The notes beneath the pieces are model-generated. The model saw only the letters and a list, made by a program, of their open reading frames with translations. It had not been told where the DNA came from and searched no databases. From an uncultured bacterium (lineage in GTDB: Bacteria; Planctomycetota; UBA8108; UBA1146): a DNA stretch of 64,000 nt. The translations under genes and the position numbers were made by a program. Location: NCBI GenBank assembly GCA_937876125.1, contig CALEHF010000263.1, forward strand, positions 3,025 to 67,024. The letters run 5' to 3'. Positions 8,878-18,859 of this stretch are shown here, piece by piece (positions within the stretch are counted from its first letter, which is position 1; every line of letters begins with the position of its first letter).

Positions 8878-11652
8878 CTAGTTGCCCCCCTCGGTGGATT
8901 TCGAAGGAGAGCGCCGACGCCACTTCTCGCGCTCGGCGCGGGTCTTCTCCATCTCCTCGAGGGACTCGAGGGCGCGCGTCTTGACGCTGAGAACCGGGTC
9001 GTCGAGCAACGACTGCATCACCGAGACGCTCTCGGTTTCCGCGAACCGAGTGATGCGCTCGATCGCCTGGAGGCGCTGATCGAGAAGGCGGCCTGCAATC
9101 GCGACTTCGTGGAGGAGCGGAAGTACCTCGACCGTCTCGGCTGCGAAGAGGAATCTCCCCACCGAGTGCAGGACCGCCGGATCAGTATCTGTGAGACCTG
9201 CGCGCAGCGCGTCGACCGATGGCTTCCCCTGGAAGTTCTTCCAAGCCCAGCTGCGCACTTTCGACTGCTCGGCACTCAGGCACGCTTCGCGCCATTCGCT
9301 TGTGATGGACTGGAACCAGCTGCTTCCGAGAATGTCGACTGCGAGCGGATCATCGCCAGTGAGGAACTCTTTCCAATTGAGAACGGAGGCAAGATTCTCC
9401 GGTGCGCGTTTGCCGAGCAACTCCAGTAGGTCTTTCCGTCGAGAATAATTGAGGCTTCGACTCGGGATCATCCGGATGAGCGCCTCGGTGGGAGAATCGT
9501 CGAGCGACTTCCGCTGGAGCTCCTGGCAGTATTCGACGGCGATTTCTGAGTCCGCGAAGCGGTGGAAGTTCGCCGGGATCAGCTCACTCAGCCCATGTCT
9601 TTTGATCGGTTGCGGAGGAACTAGGAACCGAATCAACTGCTGTCGCGCCCCATCGTAGATCGAGGGCTCGAGGAGCTTGGAGACATCTGCCATCCCGTCG
9701 GGGAGCGCTTGGAGCACCAAGGACTCGAGTAGCCCCGACTCCCCCCCTGTGGGAAGTAGGATCATTCGGCTTCCGAGCAGCAGATGCTCGCGTCCATAGC
9801 CGCCGTACCGTCGACCCAGGGGATCTGCGAGAATTTTCTCGCGGTCGATTCTCTCCAGGCAGCCGAGAATGTCCGCGCACTCCTTCTCACCTCCGACTAC
9901 CGGCACGCGATGGATTCCCCCTAGCGCCACCTGAAGTGTACTGATCAAGTCGAGTGACCCTTCACTTCCCCGCCCGAGCAACTCCCCCCAAAGCTCCTCG
10001 GTCTTCGGATCGGGATCAGCAGAGGCTCGGCTCAAGAGAGAGAGGGCAAACGAGCGAACCCAAGGATCGCTCGACTGCTGGTACAACTCGCGCATCGCCG
10101 CTTGAAAACTGTGACTGAAGTGCGCATCGAGCTGGACCTCCTCTCTCGCGGTGCGATACCTCGAGAGGTATCCAATCCAGTCCTCGGCACCAAAAACCGA
10201 GTTCAGGCTCAGAACCTCATCGCGCTCTGTCGACTCGAGCGTCACCGGTAGCGAGGCACTGAACTCCTCGATCCACAGAACGAACTCGGGGATCGCTCGG
10301 TCGTCGGTCAAGGCGAGGCGCAAGAGGAGCACCCCTTCGTTTGTTCGACGGAAAATTTTCGCCCGCCGGTCGACAGAAACCGGTTCAGGATAAAGAGTCC
10401 AGTCGAGAAAACTCCCCACTTTGCCCGTCGAAGTATTTCTCTGACTCAATCGGCGAGACAGACGATCCCCATTCGGCCCCTCGAGAAGGCCAAAGAGATC
10501 CTCGTATCGCTCGAGTTCATAGAGACGTTCGGTCACCAGCCTCCCTCGGTTACGCACGGGGAGCGGTAGCGGTGAGTCGGGATCGAGATAGGGCGCCAAG
10601 TCCTCGAACCGGACTCGATCGGGAGTGTCCTTGAGTAGGTACTCGATCCAAGATTGATACTTCGCGAAGTCAGTGCTCGCCAGCTGGCGCATGGCGTCTC
10701 GCAAGCGAGGAACGAGAGCCGGGTCCCCCCAATGCTTGTCGAGCAGGAAGTGGTAGTAGGAATCTATGGCCAGAATGTCAGCTTCGAGGCTCTTCGTCTC
10801 TCCGAGCACAATGCGAAGCAAAGCTCGATCGTCCACTGAGACTCCCGGCGGCAGCCCAGGTACCAAAGCGAGCCCTCGGGCCTGTACCTCGGGCTCGAGG
10901 CTGGAGAGAAGTTCGAAGAGCCCGCGCACCAGTCCACGGCTACTAGTCTCGAGCGAACTCTCGACGTACGCAGGCAACTGCTCGATGCGTCCGTTCGACA
11001 GGAGAATCCACGCGAGCTTACGTCGATGATCGTGATTCGAAGTGTTCTCGAGCATCGGCTCAAGAACCGGAATAACGCTCGAACCGAGCGCGAGCAACTT
11101 TCGGTTCGCGGCGATCGCGGCGGGGTCCGCTTTGTCTCCGGTGAAGTCCCCCACCAGCTGCATTCCCCACTCGAAGATCTGCGCCTGGATCTGCGGGTTC
11201 TGTTCGACTTGCGCCACCCAATCGAAGTCGGGGAGTTGGTTCGCACCCGCATCGATTTCAGCGACGTAGCGATGCGCAGCCTGCACCAGTCGCGCTTGTC
11301 CGGGGTGCATCGCGATCAACTCTTGGTAGCGCGCCTTCGCCGCCCCGAGCTCGCCGAGCTTGCGATGGGCACGGCCGATCGCGAACAAGGTGCGCGCGCG
11401 GACCGTCGTCTCGAGGTCGCTGGTTTCGAGCAGGCTCTGGTAGATCTTGAGCGCCGCCGCGATATCGCCCTCCCCGAGCTCGATCAGCTCCGCTTCGAGA
11501 AGGCGCGCTTCGGTGGTCTCGGCTTGCGCCGCGGGGGCAGGGGCAGAAACCCCTCCCGTGGCCACCAGGCTCAGCCCAAGTACCAATAGAGTGACTTGGA
11601 ACGCGACGCTCGCAGGCGGCACCAGGGATTGGAGACGTAGGAACCGGGTCAT
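8878..11652 (-). CDS. Large secreted TPR/HEAT-repeat protein, function unknown
   Basis: Signal peptide at internal Met (MTRFLRLQSLVPPASVAF...). TPR-like repeats (AIGRAHRKLGELGAAKARYQELIAMHPGQ); helical repeat architecture throughout. Confidence 0.55.
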   Translation of the reverse strand: MTRFLRLQSLVPPASVAFQVTLLVLGLSLVATGGVSAPAPAAQAETTEARLLEAELIELGEGDIAAALKIYQSLLETSDLETTVRARTLFAIGRAHRKLGELGAAKARYQELIAMHPGQARLVQAAHRYVAEIDAGANQLPDFDWVAQVEQNPQIQAQIFEWGMQLVGDFTGDKADPAAIAANRKLLALGSSVIPVLEPMLENTSNHDHRRKLAWILLSNGRIEQLPAYVESSLETSSRGLVRGLFELLSSLEPEVQARGLALVPGLPPGVSVDDRALLRIVLGETKSLEADILAIDSYYHFLLDKHWGDPALVPRLRDAMRQLASTDFAKYQSWIEYLLKDTPDRVRFEDLAPYLDPDSPLPLPVRNRGRLVTERLYELERYEDLFGLLEGPNGDRLSRRLSQRNTSTGKVGSFLDWTLYPEPVSVDRRAKIFRRTNEGVLLLRLALTDDRAIPEFVLWIEEFSASLPVTLESTERDEVLSLNSVFGAEDWIGYLSRYRTAREEVQLDAHFSHSFQAAMRELYQQSSDPWVRSFALSLLSRASADPDPKTEELWGELLGRGSEGSLDLISTLQVALGGIHRVPVVGGEKECADILGCLERIDREKILADPLGRRYGGYGREHLLLGSRMILLPTGGESGLLESLVLQALPDGMADVSKLLEPSIYDGARQQLIRFLVPPQPIKRHGLSELIPANFHRFADSEIAVEYCQELQRKSLDDSPTEALIRMIPSRSLNYSRRKDLLELLGKRAPENLASVLNWKEFLTGDDPLAVDILGSSWFQSITSEWREACLSAEQSKVRSWAWKNFQGKPSVDALRAGLTDTDPAVLHSVGRFLFAAETVEVLPLLHEVAIAGRLLDQRLQAIERITRFAETESVSVMQSLLDDPVLSVKTRALESLEEMEKTRAEREKWRRRSPSKSTEGGN

Positions 11653-11876
11653 CGAAACTCCCTTCGGGCCGAAGCGACCTCGCGGGGGATCCGCGCGTCG
11701 GTCTCGGCAACCAGGATGATCTTCGTGTGGTCGTGTTGGGAAGCTGTTGGTTCTGGAAAAATGGAAGATACCTGCTCGAAACCAACGCTTCTCGGTGCGG
11801 GCCGGACTCATTGCAGCGCTTCCAAGAGCGCTGCCCGCCCTTGTGCCCGGAGTCTGGAGGGGTAGCGTGGCACCTC

Positions 11877-13544
11877 ATGACACGCCGATCGGAGGCTTCT
11901 TTGATCACGCTCTCTCTGCTCGCCGCGCTGCTCGTGGGTCCGCTGGATCCCCCTCCTGACCCTGTGCGCTACCCGTGGCCCTTCGCACCCGCTTCGAGCG
12001 CCCACGAGATTTCGAATCACTTTTGCGCCCCGCTCATGTTTGACGAAACCCGGGGGTACCTGCACGGCGGCATCGACATTCGAAAGCCGGCGGGGACTCC
12101 GGTTCTTGCCGTAGCCGATGGCACGGTGTGGATCTACCGCGAGAGGCACCTCGACAACCTGGTCTTGACCGAAGCGACCGGCGCTAGCTGGGAGTACCGA
12201 CACCTGTGGGCCGATCACTTCTCCCCGGAGGTGCGCCGAGCGATGGAGCGGGGCCTTCGCGTCAAGGCGGGAACGGTCATCGGCGAGGTCGCGCCATGGG
12301 GAATCGGCTATTCCCACCTGCACTTCAATCGCCGGAGGGGGGACGGGACGATCGTCGATCCGCTTTCCGAGTTGATCGCGCTTCCCGACGGGAATCCGCC
12401 CACCATCCGATCGATCGACATCACTCCCGCACACGGCACCACCCCGTTTCTTCGCGACGACAAAGGTGCGATCGTGATTGCGGGCTCCGTGGATATTGTC
12501 GTCGATGCCTTCGATGGGAGCACGAGCGATCGGTGGATCCACCCCCCCCGCCGGGCTTCGGTCGCGCTCCTCTCGCCGAAGGGCGCGCGTACAGAGATCG
12601 CCTCGTGGCACCCCTTCGACCGCTCGCTTCCCCTCCCCGCGCGGTTACCGGTTCCCCGTTACCCACGCGGTGCTGGGCTCGAGGCCTACCAACGCTTCGG
12701 ACCCATCGCGACGAGCAATACGATCCCGGTCCCCTCCCCGCAACGCTTCTCGATCGTCGTGACCAATGGAATCGTGACTAAAGGAATCGGAGCGAGCGCA
12801 GCCGCAACCGGTGCGTGGGATACCACCACCGTCGCCGACGGGAAGTACACGATCGAAGTCGAGGTGCACGATGCCGCCGGGCTCCACTCAAAGAAAACGG
12901 CTGCGATCGTCATTCAGAACGCGTCGCCGCCCCCCCAGCGCTCTCCGGAATCTCCTTCGACCCTCGAACGCTCGCTCGGCGCTCACGCCTATGAAACTTG
13001 TTTCGCCGGAGATCGGGTCGAGCATACGTTTCGGGTCCCGAACGAATGGCTCGAGGCCGAACTTGTCGCCTCGCCGAGGGTCGAGATCATCGAGCGCAGC
13101 GCGAGTGAGGGGGGCTGCCTATTGACGGTGCGCGCCGAAACCGAGGGACTTTTGGGAAGCGAGACTTTTGAAATTCGGCGCCAGCAGGCGGATCTCGGGG
13201 GCAAAGGACTCACTCTCGAGGTCGAGATTCACCCGCTGTTCGAAGTCGCCCCGCGCCCGCGACTCCGGCGCGATCGGGAGGGGATCACCTTTCTTCACTT
13301 TCGTTTGCGCACGCCCGCCGAAGCCTCCTGCCTCGAGGTGACTTGGCAAAACGGAGAAGAGGCAGGCATTCTCAGAGCCACTCGCCATGGGCTCGGCGCG
13401 CAGGATCTGCACTGCATGACGATCGAGGTCGTCGTTCCAGAGGCTTCCCTCGGCGGAACGATGCAGTGCACCATGACCTCTCTCGATCGGGTGGGGAAAG
13501 TTGAGATCCCGATTCCCAAGGAAGTCTCGACGGAAGCGCTGTGA
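11877..13544 (+). CDS. Secreted M23-family metallopeptidase domain protein with C-terminal extension
   Basis: M23 signature YLHGGIDIRKPAGTPVLAVADGTV ... GYSHLHFN (HxxxD / HxH). Signal peptide at internal Met 11877 (MTRRSEASLITLSLLAALLVG). Confidence 0.7.
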   Translation: MTRRSEASLITLSLLAALLVGPLDPPPDPVRYPWPFAPASSAHEISNHFCAPLMFDETRGYLHGGIDIRKPAGTPVLAVADGTVWIYRERHLDNLVLTEATGASWEYRHLWADHFSPEVRRAMERGLRVKAGTVIGEVAPWGIGYSHLHFNRRRGDGTIVDPLSELIALPDGNPPTIRSIDITPAHGTTPFLRDDKGAIVIAGSVDIVVDAFDGSTSDRWIHPPRRASVALLSPKGARTEIASWHPFDRSLPLPARLPVPRYPRGAGLEAYQRFGPIATSNTIPVPSPQRFSIVVTNGIVTKGIGASAAATGAWDTTTVADGKYTIEVEVHDAAGLHSKKTAAIVIQNASPPPQRSPESPSTLERSLGAHAYETCFAGDRVEHTFRVPNEWLEAELVASPRVEIIERSASEGGCLLTVRAETEGLLGSETFEIRRQQADLGGKGLTLEVEIHPLFEVAPRPRLRRDREGITFLHFRLRTPAEASCLEVTWQNGEEAGILRATRHGLGAQDLHCMTIEVVVPEASLGGTMQCTMTSLDRVGKVEIPIPKEVSTEAL

Positions 13545-13872
13545 GCGCCCGAGGTTGGGCCCGAGCGTCCGCGGTCATCAAGTACGCCTCTCTCACCTCT
13601 TTGAGACCCGCCGCGAGTTTCGCTGATTGACACAGCCCCATCCGGCCGATAGCTTTGGAAGCTCGCCCGTTTCAGCGGGCAAGACTCGAAGCCGCAAGAC
13701 TCGTAAGGAAACCGACCCCATGCGTCATCTCGTATCCCTCACTGCTACGACCCTTCCGTGTCCGCGCCAAATGTGCGTGTGGCACCGTACGTTTATTCGT
13801 ACGTGGGGCCCCGGCAGGATCGAGGAGGCGAGACGATAACGCTTTGAGTTAACGTCGAAACCGTTTCGAAAA

Positions 13873-13907
13873 CCGCCGGGAGCCCCAAGGGCCCCCGGCG
13901 GTTTTTT
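13873..13907 (+). terminator. Rho-independent terminator (GC hairpin ccgccggg...cccggcgg followed by T7)
   Basis: Perfect 8-bp outer stem plus 4-bp inner stem, then TTTTTTT at 13901-13907. Lies 330 bp downstream of the M23 gene stop. Confidence 0.6.
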
Positions 13908-14141
13908 TCGTGCTGTGTTTCTTGGTTCCGCCGCTGGCGCGGATGAGACCTTGGAACTCGAGAGGTCTTGATACGGAGCGAGTCAGAAGTTTTTTCGTTG
14001 GCCGATGGGGCCTATCGGAAGGAGCGCTCGGAAAGGTCGCTCGCTTTCAGAAGACTGCCGTTGAGGTGAGACTCATCTTCGGCGCCCAGAGCGCCGAACA
14101 CCCGTGGTTGCTTCGCGCAGCCTCACTTGAAAGGAACTGTC

Positions 14142-14669
14142 ATGTCGGCTCGGACGACTGGATGTGAAGATTTGCCTTTGGCGGACCTCACCTCCGGAGA
14201 AAGCGCATCTTTGACAAGCACCCGCCTCTCTCCCGAGACGCATGCGGCGCCCCGCGCTCGCGTGTCGTCGGATGAGACTGTGGTTCTTCAGATGTGTCGT
14301 CCGAGCCCACAGATACCCGATCCACGCAACTCGAGTCGGTCGGCCGCAGGCTCGACCCCAACGGTCCAGGTCCTCGCGGATCGCGGCATCCCCTTCGTCA
14401 TCGTCGAGACTCAAGATCCGCCAGCACCGATCGAGTCGATCGCCGATCGCGGCATTTACTTCACGACGACCGGCCAGGAGGAAGCACCGGCTCCCTCCAA
14501 GGAGTCACGTCCGAATCCGATTCCACGGCGACAGCCGCGCCGGACAACTCTCTCGAGCGCCGACTGGTCCGCACTCCTCGGTGCACTGAGGGACAAGGCC
14601 GACCGCCTCGACCTCTCGAAATTCAAGCTCGAAACCGCTCCGACGGTCACCGAAGGAGCAACCCAGTGA
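14142..14669 (+). CDS. Hypothetical protein (internal direct repeat LADRGIPFVIVETQD / IADRGIYFTTTGQEE)
   Basis: ORF with AAGGA RBS 7 nt upstream of ATG 14142; no recognisable family; region has many competing ORFs. Confidence 0.3.
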   Translation: MSARTTGCEDLPLADLTSGESASLTSTRLSPETHAAPRARVSSDETVVLQMCRPSPQIPDPRNSSRSAAGSTPTVQVLADRGIPFVIVETQDPPAPIESIADRGIYFTTTGQEEAPAPSKESRPNPIPRRQPRRTTLSSADWSALLGALRDKADRLDLSKFKLETAPTVTEGATQ

Positions 14670-14925
14670 ACTCATCATCAGTGCCACCTCCCCCCCAAGT
14701 TTCCGCCGCCGGTTGGACTCACCATCCCATTCCGGTAGCGGGACTGTCCTTGAGCCTGCCGCCTCTACCGCGCCCCCTCTGGTGGAGGCGCGGGCCAAGG
14801 GTTTCCAATCGTACTTCCCCTTTCCCACGCAAAGCGCCTCGGCGACTCCACTGGAGCTGCCGAGGCGCGGCGATTTGAGTGAGAAGATGAGTGGGTGAGA
14901 GAGAGCCACCAGATCCCGGAGCGGG

Positions 14926-15513
14926 TTACCCCTTCGGGCGGCTCGCGGGCGCTTCGGACTTCACCTTCTTCGCGATCTTCAGCTCTCCGAGCTTCTTCGC
15001 GAGATCGCTCCCCGCGGTTTTGACACTCACTTTCGTATCGATCGCGATGAGCTTCCCGTCTTTACCGATGTAGACAGTGTGGCGATTCGAGTATCCCGCC
15101 AGAGAGAGTACGCCCATCGCGCGGGCAGCCTTCTTCTCGGGGTCCGCAAGGATCGGATAGGTGACGCCGAGCTCCTTGGCGAACTTCGTTTGGGTCAGGA
15201 CGTCGTCGACGCTCGCCGCAAAGAGCTTGACGTCGAACTCGGAGATTTTGGACTCGCTGTCACGCAGCGAGCGACACTCTGCCGTTCAGCCGCCGGTGAA
15301 GGACTTCGGGAACCAGGCGATGACGACCGCCTGCTTTCCGACGAAGTCGCGGAGCCGGTACTCTTTCCCGTCAGATCCCTTCAGTGTGACGTCTGGGACC
15401 ATGGCACCGACCTTCCACGGCTCTGCCGGTTTCGGGCGCGAGTCCTGAGCCAGAGCCACGGACCCCATGATCGTCATCAGCAACCCCAGGGTCGCGACGA
15501 GTATCCTCTGCAT
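14926..15513 (-). CDS. Secreted BCP/PrxQ-type peroxiredoxin (AhpC/TSA fold) with in-frame UGA at the peroxidatic Cys position - candidate selenoprotein
   Basis: Two ORF-track ORFs (15286..15513 and 14926..15117) are the same frame separated only by TGA at 15286-15288. Read-through gives WFPKSFTGG-U-TAEC...KFAKELGVTYPILADPEKKAARAMGV...TVYIGKDGKLIAID, i.e. the Prx motif FTxGC(T)xxxC with U replacing Cp and a resolving Cys 4 residues later. Signal peptide MQRILVATLGLLMTIMGSVALAQD. Hairpin 13 nt downstream of UGA. Confidence 0.7.
15252..15272 (-). promoter_or_regulatory. Putative bacterial SECIS-like hairpin downstream of in-frame UGA
   Basis: mRNA GCUCGCUG-CGUGA-CAGCGAGU: 8-bp stem (one G.U), 5-nt apical loop containing GU, beginning 13 nt 3' of the UGA. 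Confidence 0.45.
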
Positions 15514-15537
15514 CGTGTTTCCTCTCTCGAGTTCGAT

Positions 15538-16821
15538 TCAATTCGCGGGGTTCGTTTTTTTCAGCGAAGGGTACACAAGTTCAGCGGTGTGGATCCGCGG
15601 AGGCGCTGCCACCTCCCCCTCGCCCCCGAGAGCCTCGGTCCAGGCGATGATCACGCGCTTCCCGCGGGTCTCGATCCGAGGAAAGCCCGCGCTGCGCTCG
15701 GTCGAGGTCCTCGCGACGAGCAAACTCGCTTGAGGGGTGCCGTCGGACCCGATGGCGCGTACCCGAATCTCCCCGCCTTCATCGCCACGCTCGAGCCAGC
15801 ACGCGATCCAGCCGCCGTCGGGGCGCGAGACCAGATCGACTCGTCCGACGGGATTGCCATCGTCGATGGCGATCGGCTTCGAGAACTTGACGCCTCGATC
15901 TCCGGATGACGCGAACAGCACACGCGGCCGCTCCGCCTCGGTGTACCAGAGAGCGGCGACCCGTTTTCCAGCGACGGCGAGGGCGGGGCCATTGACCGGG
16001 CACCCTTCTTGGTTCCAACCGTCGTCGTGGATCATCGCCGGCGTGGAGAGAGACTTCTCGCCGACGCGCACCCACGCGATATCGCGCACTTCTTGGTCGG
16101 ACCGATCGCGCCAGGCAACGAAGACATCCTTGCCTGAAACGACCGCGGCGGTTTGACAACACTCGCAGGTGCGATCGTCGATCTCTTGCTCGCCGGTCAC
16201 CTGGCCGAGTCGATCGATCATCGCGGTTCGGATCGACATCCCTCCGCCGTGGCCATCCGCCTCGTCCAACGCCCCGTGTCCTCCCGCCATCGCGCGGCCA
16301 TCCAACCATACGGCGCGAAAGTGCTGCTCATCGAGGGGAACCAGGGACACGAAGCCGTGCTCGGTCGCCGAGCGATCGGAGTGCGGAGTAAACGGAGTCC
16401 CCCACGTCTTTCCATGATCGGATGAGATGCTCATCCGCACGCCGTAGGAGTAGCTCCCCGTCCCTAGGCGCCCGAGCCAGTGGGCAGCCAGAGTGCCGTC
16501 CTCGAGGGCCGCGAGCGAAGGGAAGTCGGCCCAATTCACGAACCAATCGCCGCCGGACGCGACGGTTCGAGGCTCGGTCCAACCACTGTCGGTGAGGCGG
16601 CAAAAGCGCAGTTGAGTCGCGCCCTTCTCGCCCGGTTCGACCCAACTGAGATACAACTCGCCGTCAGCTCCCAGCGCGAGATTCGGCAGTTGGCTCCGCT
16701 CGCCCGCCGGGTTCGAGAGTGGGCGAATGACGGGGCGAACGCTCGCGGGGGCCCCCTTCACCTTGGGATCAGCTTGGGCCGGAGACATCGAAGAAGAGAG
16801 GAGGAGGATCAGGCAGATCAT
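15538..16821 (-). CDS. Secreted BNR/sialidase-like repeat (exo-alpha-sialidase family) protein
   Basis: BNR Asp-box motifs SSDHGKTW, SGDRGVKF; signal peptide at internal Met (MICLILLLSSSMSPAQA). Confidence 0.65.
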   Translation of the reverse strand: MICLILLLSSSMSPAQADPKVKGAPASVRPVIRPLSNPAGERSQLPNLALGADGELYLSWVEPGEKGATQLRFCRLTDSGWTEPRTVASGGDWFVNWADFPSLAALEDGTLAAHWLGRLGTGSYSYGVRMSISSDHGKTWGTPFTPHSDRSATEHGFVSLVPLDEQHFRAVWLDGRAMAGGHGALDEADGHGGGMSIRTAMIDRLGQVTGEQEIDDRTCECCQTAAVVSGKDVFVAWRDRSDQEVRDIAWVRVGEKSLSTPAMIHDDGWNQEGCPVNGPALAVAGKRVAALWYTEAERPRVLFASSGDRGVKFSKPIAIDDGNPVGRVDLVSRPDGGWIACWLERGDEGGEIRVRAIGSDGTPQASLLVARTSTERSAGFPRIETRGKRVIIAWTEALGGEGEVAAPPRIHTAELVYPSLKKTNPAN

Positions 16822-16908
16822 GGTCGAGATCACAGGCGTTCCTTCCTCATTGGGCGGGTCCAAATCGTGACATTACATCGTGGCGGGTCGAGAGGGGGAT
16901 AACTCAAC

Positions 16909-18621
16909 TCAGTACCCCGCCGCCATCCCATCCTTCCGCGACTCCGACGCCCCCGAGTACACCCCCGTGAGCGGATCGCGCATGATCCCTTGGTAGCCAC
17001 CGAAGGCGCCATTTCCGGGCGTGAAACGATGGCCACGCTTCTTCAGTTCCGCGAGAACTTCTTCGCCGTAGCCTTGTTCGAGACTCACCAAGCCGCCATC
17101 GATCATCGTGGTACCGGTCGGTTGAGACGAACCTTGGTGGAGAATCCGCGACCAGTCCCCCGCCTCCTGCACGTTCATGCCGAAGTCGATGATGTTGATG
17201 ATCACTTGCGCCTGCGCTTGCGGCTGCGTCGCACCCCCCATCACTCCGAAGCTAAACCACGGCTCGCCATTCTTGGTGACGAAGCCAGGGATGATGGTGT
17301 GGAAGGGGCGTTTGCCGGGAGCGTAGACGTTCTGGTGTCCCTCTTCGAGGGCGAACAGCTCGCCCCGATCTTGCAGGCCGAAGCCGAGCCCCTCGGGGCA
17401 AACCCCGCTCCCCATGCCGCGGTAGTTGCTCTGAATGAGGGAGACCATATTGCCATGGCGATCAGCGACGGTGAGGTAAATCGTGTCGCCGTGCTCGAGG
17501 GCCGGGTTGCCGGCCTGAACGCGCATTTGCGCCTTCTTCGGGTCGATCAACTTCCGCCGCTCCGTCGCGTACTCCTTCGAAATGAGCGCCTCGACCGGCA
17601 CTTGGGCCATCGCCATGTCGGCGTAGTACCGTGCGCGATCTTCGAACACGAGCTTCTTCGCCTCGAGGAACGTGTGCACGTACTCGACGCTCTCAGGCCC
17701 CCACCCCGCGAGGTTGTATCCCTCGAGCAGATTGAGAATCTGGAGGACCGCGATCCCCTGCCCGTTCGGAGGAAGCTGCCAGACATCCACGCCGCGGTAG
17801 TTCGTCGATACCGGCTCGACCCACTCCGACTTGTGAGCGGCGAGGTCTTCGATCGACAGATAGCCGCCGTGCTTCTTCACGAACCCCGCGATCGTCTCGG
17901 CGATCTCTCCGCGGTAGAACGCGTCGCGCCCCCCCTCGGCGAGCGCTCGGTAGGTCTTCGCGAGTGCCGGGTTACGGAACATCTCGCCTTCGCGGGGAGC
18001 GCGCTTTCCGTCGACGGCAAAGGTCTCTAGGAAGCCGGGCTGGTTGCCGAGGCGCTTCACGCTGAGGTCCCAGTAGTGGGCGATCAATTCGGTGAGCGGG
18101 AAGCCCTCCTCGGCGTAGCTGATGGCAGGGGCGAGAACGTCTTTCATCGGGAGTGCACCGAAACGTTCGTGAAGCGTGAACCACCCATCGACCGCTCCGG
18201 GAACCGACACCGGGAGCACTCCGTACTTCGGGATCTCCGTCACGCCGAGTTTCTCGAGTTCGGCCTCTAGAATCTCGAGGGTGAGCGAGCGCGGCGATCG
18301 TCCCGAGCCATTCAGACCGTGGAGCTTCTTCGTCTTCGCGTCCCAAACGATGGCGTACATGTCGCCACCGATGCCACTCCCCGTCGGTTCCATCAAACCG
18401 AGACAAGCATTCGCTGCGATGGCGGCGTCGATCGCATTGCCGCCCCGCTTCAGAATGTCGAGCGCGGCTTGCGTCGCAAGGGGATGGCTCGTCGCGGCGA
18501 TCCCGTTCTTCGCGTGCACGACCGAACGCGTGGCGAAGGGACGTCCCGTGACGCGGTCAGCCCCGCCGAGTCGACTGCACACACCAAAGATGAGGAACAT
18601 GAGAATGGCGAGTTTCAACAT
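16909..18621 (-). CDS. ggt: Gamma-glutamyltranspeptidase
   Basis: GGT family hallmarks: TSHPLATQAALDILKRGGNAIDAAIAANACLGLMEPTGSGIGGD and autoprocessing-site region TIYLTVADRHGNMVSLIQSN...GLGFGLQDRG. Signal peptide at internal Met 18621. Confidence 0.85.
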   Translation of the reverse strand: MLKLAILMFLIFGVCSRLGGADRVTGRPFATRSVVHAKNGIAATSHPLATQAALDILKRGGNAIDAAIAANACLGLMEPTGSGIGGDMYAIVWDAKTKKLHGLNGSGRSPRSLTLEILEAELEKLGVTEIPKYGVLPVSVPGAVDGWFTLHERFGALPMKDVLAPAISYAEEGFPLTELIAHYWDLSVKRLGNQPGFLETFAVDGKRAPREGEMFRNPALAKTYRALAEGGRDAFYRGEIAETIAGFVKKHGGYLSIEDLAAHKSEWVEPVSTNYRGVDVWQLPPNGQGIAVLQILNLLEGYNLAGWGPESVEYVHTFLEAKKLVFEDRARYYADMAMAQVPVEALISKEYATERRKLIDPKKAQMRVQAGNPALEHGDTIYLTVADRHGNMVSLIQSNYRGMGSGVCPEGLGFGLQDRGELFALEEGHQNVYAPGKRPFHTIIPGFVTKNGEPWFSFGVMGGATQPQAQAQVIINIIDFGMNVQEAGDWSRILHQGSSQPTGTTMIDGGLVSLEQGYGEEVLAELKKRGHRFTPGNGAFGGYQGIMRDPLTGVYSGASESRKDGMAAGY

Positions 18622-18859
18622 CGGGGTCCTTCCGGGGTGGCCAAGCCCCGCCAGAGAGAGCGCGAGGGAGATCGAGTGGAAGGGATCGGGAGCGTCGTTG
18701 CAAGGATTGCAGAGATTGCGGGTCCGCAGGACCGTACGCCAACGACCCTCGGGGGCCCGCCACAGCGGTCCCACTGGCAATTCTGTCCGCTCCGCTCCAC
18801 CCCCGTCACCGATCGGCTATCCTCCCGGCTCCGACGCCTAGAGACGAAAAAGGAGCCCC

